Part shown: positions 59,659-64,000 of the stretch, in pieces
How the letters are laid out: the number at the start of each line of letters is the position of its first letter
How positions within the stretch are numbered: position 1 is the first letter of the stretch
DNA from: an uncultured Acidobacteriaceae bacterium
GTDB lineage: Bacteria; Acidobacteriota; Terriglobia; Terriglobales; Acidobacteriaceae
Assembly (NCBI GenBank): GCA_963794455.1
Contig: CAWCEA010000003.1
Span: 2,133,263 to 2,197,262 of the forward strand
Direction of reading: 5' to 3'
DNA length: 64,000 nt
Translations under genes and position numbers: made by a program
The notes under the pieces: generated by a model
Seen by the model: only the letters and a program-made list of their open reading frames with translations
The model's database searches: none
What the model was told of the DNA's origin: nothing

Positions 59659-60115
59659 CCACCCAGAACTGAGGGTGCCCCATTTCTCGCATCTTTTGCG
59701 AGAAGTGGGGAATTCGAAGATTGCGCCATAGCGCGTCCCACATCCACCCGCGCAATGTAGCGCCGGCGTCCCGCCCCCGCTGATCTGGTCGCCGGAAAAT
59801 AAGCGCCTCAACTCCCCATCCTTCTTCCCGAATAAGATCCTCTTCGCGCCTTTTGCGCGCTCTCCTTCGCGATCTTTGCGATAAGCCTTTACGAATCCCA
59901 CCCAGAACACTCCGCAACTCCGCCCGCAACGTAGCGCCGGCGTCCCGCCGGCTGTCGCGGAGCCGTCTCGCCCCCGCTGATCTGGCGGCTGAAAATAAGC
60001 GCCTCGACTCCCCATCCCTCTTCTCGAATAAGATTTTCTTCGCGACCTTTGCGCGATCTCCTTCGCGATCTTTGCGATAAGCTTTTACGAAAAACTCCAC
60101 CCAGAATACTCCGGA
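59659..60115 (+). repeat. tandem composite repeat array (2 full units plus a partial third)
   Basis: CCACCCAGAA anchors at 59659, 59898 and 60097 give periods of 239 and 199 bp. Each full unit contains a family 1 element (59757..59779 truncated; 59931..59976 full) followed about 60 nt later by a family 2 element (59839..59893; 60034..60089). Confidence 0.7.
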
Positions 60116-60199
60116 ATTCACATCCCAACTCCCGACAGCCTTGACCCTGCTCCGCTCGACGCACTAAGATTCCGCTTCGCCACAAACAGCAGGAGCCCC

Positions 60200-63100
60200 A
60201 TGCCCAAACTCTTCGCCGTGATCTTGCTCGCCTTCGTCTCGACAAGTTTTCAGAACGCCGCACCTCAATCCGCTCCTCCGCTTCTCCTCCGCTTTCCCAC
60301 CGTCAGCAAGACGCAAATCGTCTTCGAGTACGGCGGCGATCTCTGGATCGTCTCTCGCGACGGCGGTGACGCTCGCCGTCTCACCTCCGGCGTCGGCATC
60401 GAAGTCCTCCCACACTTCTCACCTGACGGCTCCATGATCGCTTTCACCGGTGAATACGACGGCAATCGCGACGTCTACGTCGTCCCCGCAGCTGGCGGCG
60501 AGCCGCGGCGTCTCACGTATCATCCCGCTGAAGAGTACGTCGCCGGCTGGACCCCCGACGGCAAGAAGGTCCTCTTCAATTCCTGGGGCAACAGCTTCAT
60601 GCACATCGAAGACCAGCTCTACACCGTCCCCGTCGAGGGCGGTTTCCCCACCGAGCTTCCCATTCCCATCGTCGAAGACGCCAGCCTCTCCCCTGACGGT
60701 ACCCACCTCGCCTACGTCCCGCACCCCAAGTGGCAGGAAGCCTGGAAGCGCTATCACGGAGGCCAGACCACGCCCATCTGGATTCTCGATCTCAAAGATT
60801 CCAGCACGGTAAAAATCCCTCGCGACAACTCGAACGATCACCACCCCATGTGGGTCGGCGATACCATCTATTTCCTCTCCGATCGCAACGGCCCCGTCAG
60901 TCTCTTCGCCTACGACACCAAAACCAAAGAAGTCTCCGAAGCCCTGCACAGCGACGGCCTCGATTTCAAAACCGCCACCGCCGGACCCGACGCCATCGTT
61001 ATCGAACAATTCGGAGCGATCAAGCTCTACGACCTGCAGACGCATCAGGCGAAAAATATCTCGATTCACGTTGCTGGCGACATTGAGGCCATCCGCCCGC
61101 ACTTCTCCAAAGTCGATCCCAAGCGAATCCAGAATTTCAGTATCTCTCCCACCGGCGCTCGCGCCGTCTTCGAGGCTTGGGGAGAAATCTTCACCGTCCC
61201 CACCGATAAGGGCGACATTCGCAACATCACCCACAGTCCCGCTGTCGCCGATCGCGACCCCTCTTGGTCACCCGACGGCAAATCCATCGCTTATTTCTCC
61301 GATGAGTCCGGCGAATACGAACTCACCATCCGCGATCAGAACGGCATCGGCGCCGCTCGCCGCATCAACCTCGGCAATCCGCCGTCCTTCTTCTACACGC
61401 CAGTTTGGTCGCCCGATAGCAAGAAGATTACGTATTCCGACAAGCGACTGCAGTTGTGGTACGTCGATCTCGACAATCCCGCTCCCAAGCTCATCGACGC
61501 CGACTACTTCGGAGGCTTCGGCCCCACGCAGCTCAACCAGAATTGGGCTCCCGACAGCAAGTGGATCGCTTACACCAAACAGCTCCGCAGCGGCATGCAT
61601 GCTGTGTTCGTCTACTCGCTTGATCAAGGCAAAGCTTTCCAGATCACCGATGGCATGAGCGATGCGCTCTATCCCAGCTTCGACAAAAACGGCAAATATC
61701 TCTACTTCACCGCGTCTACCGACATCGCCCTTGCCACCGCTGGTCTCGACATGACGAGCGATGAGCATCGCGTCTCTCGCAGCGTCTATGTCGCCGTCCT
61801 AAGCAAAGACGAAAAATCCCCGCTCGCTCCCGAGAGTGATGAGGAGAAGCCAAAAGACGAAAAGAAAGCCGATCAGGATAAAGATAAAGACAAAGACAAA
61901 TCCCGCGACAAAGATCAATCAAAGGAGAAAGACAAATCCAAAGACAAGAAGGCCGACGACAAATCATCCGCTGACAAAGATAAAGATAAAGACAAGAAGG
62001 GCGAGCCCGTCGTCGTCAAAATCGACATCGAGGGCATCAGCCAGCGCATTCTCTCTCTTCCTATTCCCGCCAAGAATTACACCAACATGCTCTCCGGCAA
62101 GTCCGGCATCCTGTTCCTCTCGGAAGCTCTGCCAGCACTCACCGAGGATGATCAGCAGAATCTCACTCAGACCATCCAGAAATTCGATCTGAGTAAACGC
62201 AAGCTCGACAAGTTCATGGACGAAGTCAGCGACTTCACCATCTCCTTCGACGGCGAAAAACTTCTTCTCCGAAAAGGAGATGCCTGGTTGACGGCCTCTG
62301 CCGACGACGGTCCTGGAGCCCCACCGAAGCCCGGCTTCGGCCCGCTTAAACTCGATGGATGGGAGGTCTACGTCGAGCCTCGCGCCATGTGGAAGCAGAT
62401 CTACAACGAGACTTGGCGCATCGAGCGCGACTTCTTCTACGATCCGCACTATCACGGCCTCGATCTCGACAAGGCCCAGAAGAAATACGCGCCGTACCTC
62501 GATGGCATTGCATCCCGCGGCGAACTCACTTATCTCTTCGAAGAATGTCTCGGCGAACTCACCGTCGGCCACATGTTCGTCGGCGGAGGCGAAACACCTG
62601 AACCGAAAAAACTCAAAGGCGGTCTCCTCGGCGCCGATTACAGCCTCGAAAACGGCCGCTATCGCGTCGCTAAAGTCTACGACGGCGAAAACTGGAATCC
62701 CGGCAACCAGGCTCCACTCACTCAACCCGGTCGTTAACGTTAAAGCTGGAGATTACATCCTCGCCGTCAATGGCCGCGAACTGCACTCCTCCGACAACAT
62801 CTACAGCTTCTTCGAAGAGACAGCAGGAGAAGCAGGTCGTCCTGAAAGTCGGTGCCAATCCTGATGGCAAAGACTCACGCGACGTTACTGTCGTTCCCGT
62901 TGAGAGCGAAGAAAATCTTCGCCACCTCGCCTGGATCGAAAACAATCGTCGCCGCGTCGATGAGGCTACCGGAGGCCGCATCGCCTATGTCCACATCCCC
63001 AACACCGCTGGCGCCGGTTACACCAGCTTCAATCGCTACTTCTTTTCGCAAGTTGGGCAAGGAGGGCGCCATCATCGACGAGCGCTTCAACGAAGGTGGA

Positions 63101-63601
63101 CAACTCGCCGACTACATCATCGAATACCTTCGCCGGCCCATGATGAGTAAGGTCGTCACTCGCGAAGGCCACGACTGGTCCAGCCCGTCCGAAGCCATCT
63201 ACGGCCCCAAGGTCATGATCATCAACGAAATGTCCGGCTCCGGCGGCGATGCGTTGCCCTGGTATTTCCGCAAAGCCGGCATCGGCCCACTCATCGGCAA
63301 ACGCACCTGGGGCGGTCTTGTCGGTATCGGCGGATATCCCGAGTTGATCGATGGTGGCCGCGTCACCGCGCCCCGCGCCGCCATCTACGGCCTCAAAGGC
63401 GAATGGGAGGTCGAGAACCATGGCGTCCCTCCCGACTACGAAGTCGATCTCGATCCCTTCGCCTGGCGACAGGGACATGACGCCCAGCTCGAAAAAGCGA
63501 TCGACGTCGTCATGCAGGAATTAAAAGATCATCCGCTCCCCGAAATCAAGCGTCCTCCCTATCCCAACTATCACGAGCATGACGGCCTGGGCGTCAAATA
63601 G
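60200..63601 (+). pseudogene. tricorn protease homologue (S41 family, beta-propeller + PDZ + catalytic domain), interrupted by three +1 frameshifts
   Basis: N-terminus LLRFPTVSKTQIVFEYGGDLWIV...FSPDGSMIAFTGEYDGNRDVYV. The PDZ segment VNVKAGDYILAVNGRELH is in frame 3. KQVVLKVGANPDG...GRIAYVHIPNT is in frame 1. KEGAIIDERFNEGG...NEMSGSGGDALP...GKRTWGG is back in frame 2. Confidence 0.8.
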
Positions 63602-63618
63602 ATGGGCCTCTTTGGCCA

Positions 63619-63696
63619 GTCACCCAATAATGGGTGACTTTCCTCCAGTCACCCAAATATGGGTGACTACTTGAAAATCACCCAATTTTGGGTGAC
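63619..63696. promoter_or_regulatory. three phased 20-bp palindromic operator-like sites overlapping a candidate promoter
   Basis: GTCACCCA-ATAA-TGGGTGAC (63619..63638), GTCACCCA-AATA-TGGGTGAC (63648..63667) and ATCACCCA-ATTT-TGGGTGAC (63677..63696). Spacing is exactly 29 bp. TTGAAA (63671..63676)-N17-GACAAT (63694..63699) brackets site 3. Confidence 0.6.
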
Positions 63697-63735
63697 AATA
63701 CCTGTGGCTCTCATCTCTCCGTCACGGAGGTCCCA

Positions 63736-64000
63736 TTGGCCCGCCCATCTCCGCGCTACATCGCGGTTATTGCTGACATGGTGCGCTCGCGCGATCTGCC
63801 GCCCCCCCGGCGCCGCCTCCTGCAGAAGCGGTTCAGTCGCCTCATCGCCAATCTCAACCGGGACTACCGCAAGGCCCTCTCATCCAGATTCATCATCACC
63901 CTGGGTGATGAGTTTCAAGGCATCCTGAACTCGGCAGGCTCGATCCCTGATCTGATCTGGCATCTCGAGCATGACTTCCCCGAACGACAACTCCGAGTCG
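63736..64000 (+). CDS. SatD family protein, 3' end cut by window edge
   Basis: This frame-1 ORF is not in the ORF track because it has no stop inside the window. TTG 63736 gives (M)ARPSPRYIAVIADMVRSRDL...FIITLGDEFQGIL, which matches my memory of the SatD N-terminal pattern (YIALIGDIVxSR ... TLGDEFQGL). Confidence 0.5.
   Translation, partial: MARPSPRYIAVIADMVRSRDLPPPRRRLLQKRFSRLIANLNRDYRKALSSRFIITLGDEFQGILNSAGSIPDLIWHLEHDFPERQLRV

Noticed and set aside
59516-60121. ORFs 59516..60121, 59653..60015 and 59889..60263 across the dinB-tricorn spacer
   Set aside because: They are read-throughs of the tandem repeat array. Their repeated peptide motifs (RRDAGATLR, GGTPALRCG) simply mirror the DNA repeats, and copies elsewhere fall in other frames.
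61838-62007. Tandem DNA repeat/VNTR or spacer array in the GAT-AAA-rich stretch
   Set aside because: The periodicity is codon-level (Lys/Asp) inside an open reading frame, so I treat it as a low-complexity protein insert.
62725-63065. Programmed ribosomal frameshifting or other recoding at the frameshift sites (here and at xylB, galT and the ligase)
   Set aside because: None of the seven junctions has a slippery heptamer, a stimulatory stop-codon context of the prfB type, or a downstream pseudoknot-like structure that I could see. The genes are unrelated. Sequence error or pseudogenisation is more parsimonious.
63619-63696. Possible mini-CRISPR array (three repeats at a fixed 29-bp period)
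   Set aside because: The repeats are 20 bp with only 9-bp spacers. They are internally palindromic with AT cores, only three copies exist, and they overlap a promoter. This is operator-like, not CRISPR-like, and there are no cas genes.

Overview
This is a 64-kb chromosomal window from a high-GC bacterium. Gene content and the interspersed hairpin repeats look Acidobacteriota-like, but that is inference and I could not verify it. I support about 55 protein-coding genes. I found no rRNA, tRNA, CRISPR array, transposase or integrase.

Layout:
- 1-1.6 kb: orphan small ORFs.
- 1.6-5.4 kb: CPBP protease, fatty-acid hydroxylase, cytochrome P460, TPR protein.
- 5.5-11.7 kb: LacI-regulated sugar locus (GH31 alpha-xylosidase-like gene, xylB, galT).
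- 11.8-15.4 kb: haem O synthase and two secreted SH3b-like paralogues.
- 15.7-25.8 kb: one co-directional respiratory cluster. Its order is a fused monohaem cytochrome c/beta-barrel porin (Cyc2-like), a dihaem cytochrome c, a type-1 cupredoxin, coxB-coxA-coxC-coxC'-coxD, a small CxxC membrane protein, a second haem O synthase, and a CuA-cupredoxin/dihaem cytochrome fusion.
- 25.9-28.9 kb: MBL hydrolase, gntK, MFS transporter.
- 28.9-39.6 kb: lipid-type cluster with a HAD-like/fatty-acyl reductase fusion, a second reductase, a pyruvyl-transferase-like protein, two adenylate-forming ligases, a crotonase, a free-standing ACP and a lipid kinase.
- 39.6-64 kb: split Trx/VKOR pair, esterase, two membrane glycosyltransferase-like genes, pfkA, cstA-ybdD, ruvC, secreted proteins, a MEMO-like protein, rsmA, glgA, dinB, a tricorn-like protease and a partial SatD-like gene.

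Most interesting: the 15.7-25.8 kb cluster reproduces the content and order of the Acidithiobacillus ferrooxidans rus operon (outer-membrane Cyc2, dihaem cytochrome, blue copper protein, aa3 oxidase). It is a candidate extracellular Fe(II)->O2 electron-transfer module.

Other notable points:
- Seven single-nucleotide (+1) frame disruptions lie in otherwise conserved genes: xylB, galT, an SH3b paralogue, an acyl-CoA ligase, and the tricorn protease three times.
- Two families of short intergenic repeats are all in one orientation. One family shows a compensatory stem substitution.
- A composite tandem repeat array lies after dinB.
- Three perfectly phased 20-bp palindromes overlap a promoter in front of the SatD-like gene.
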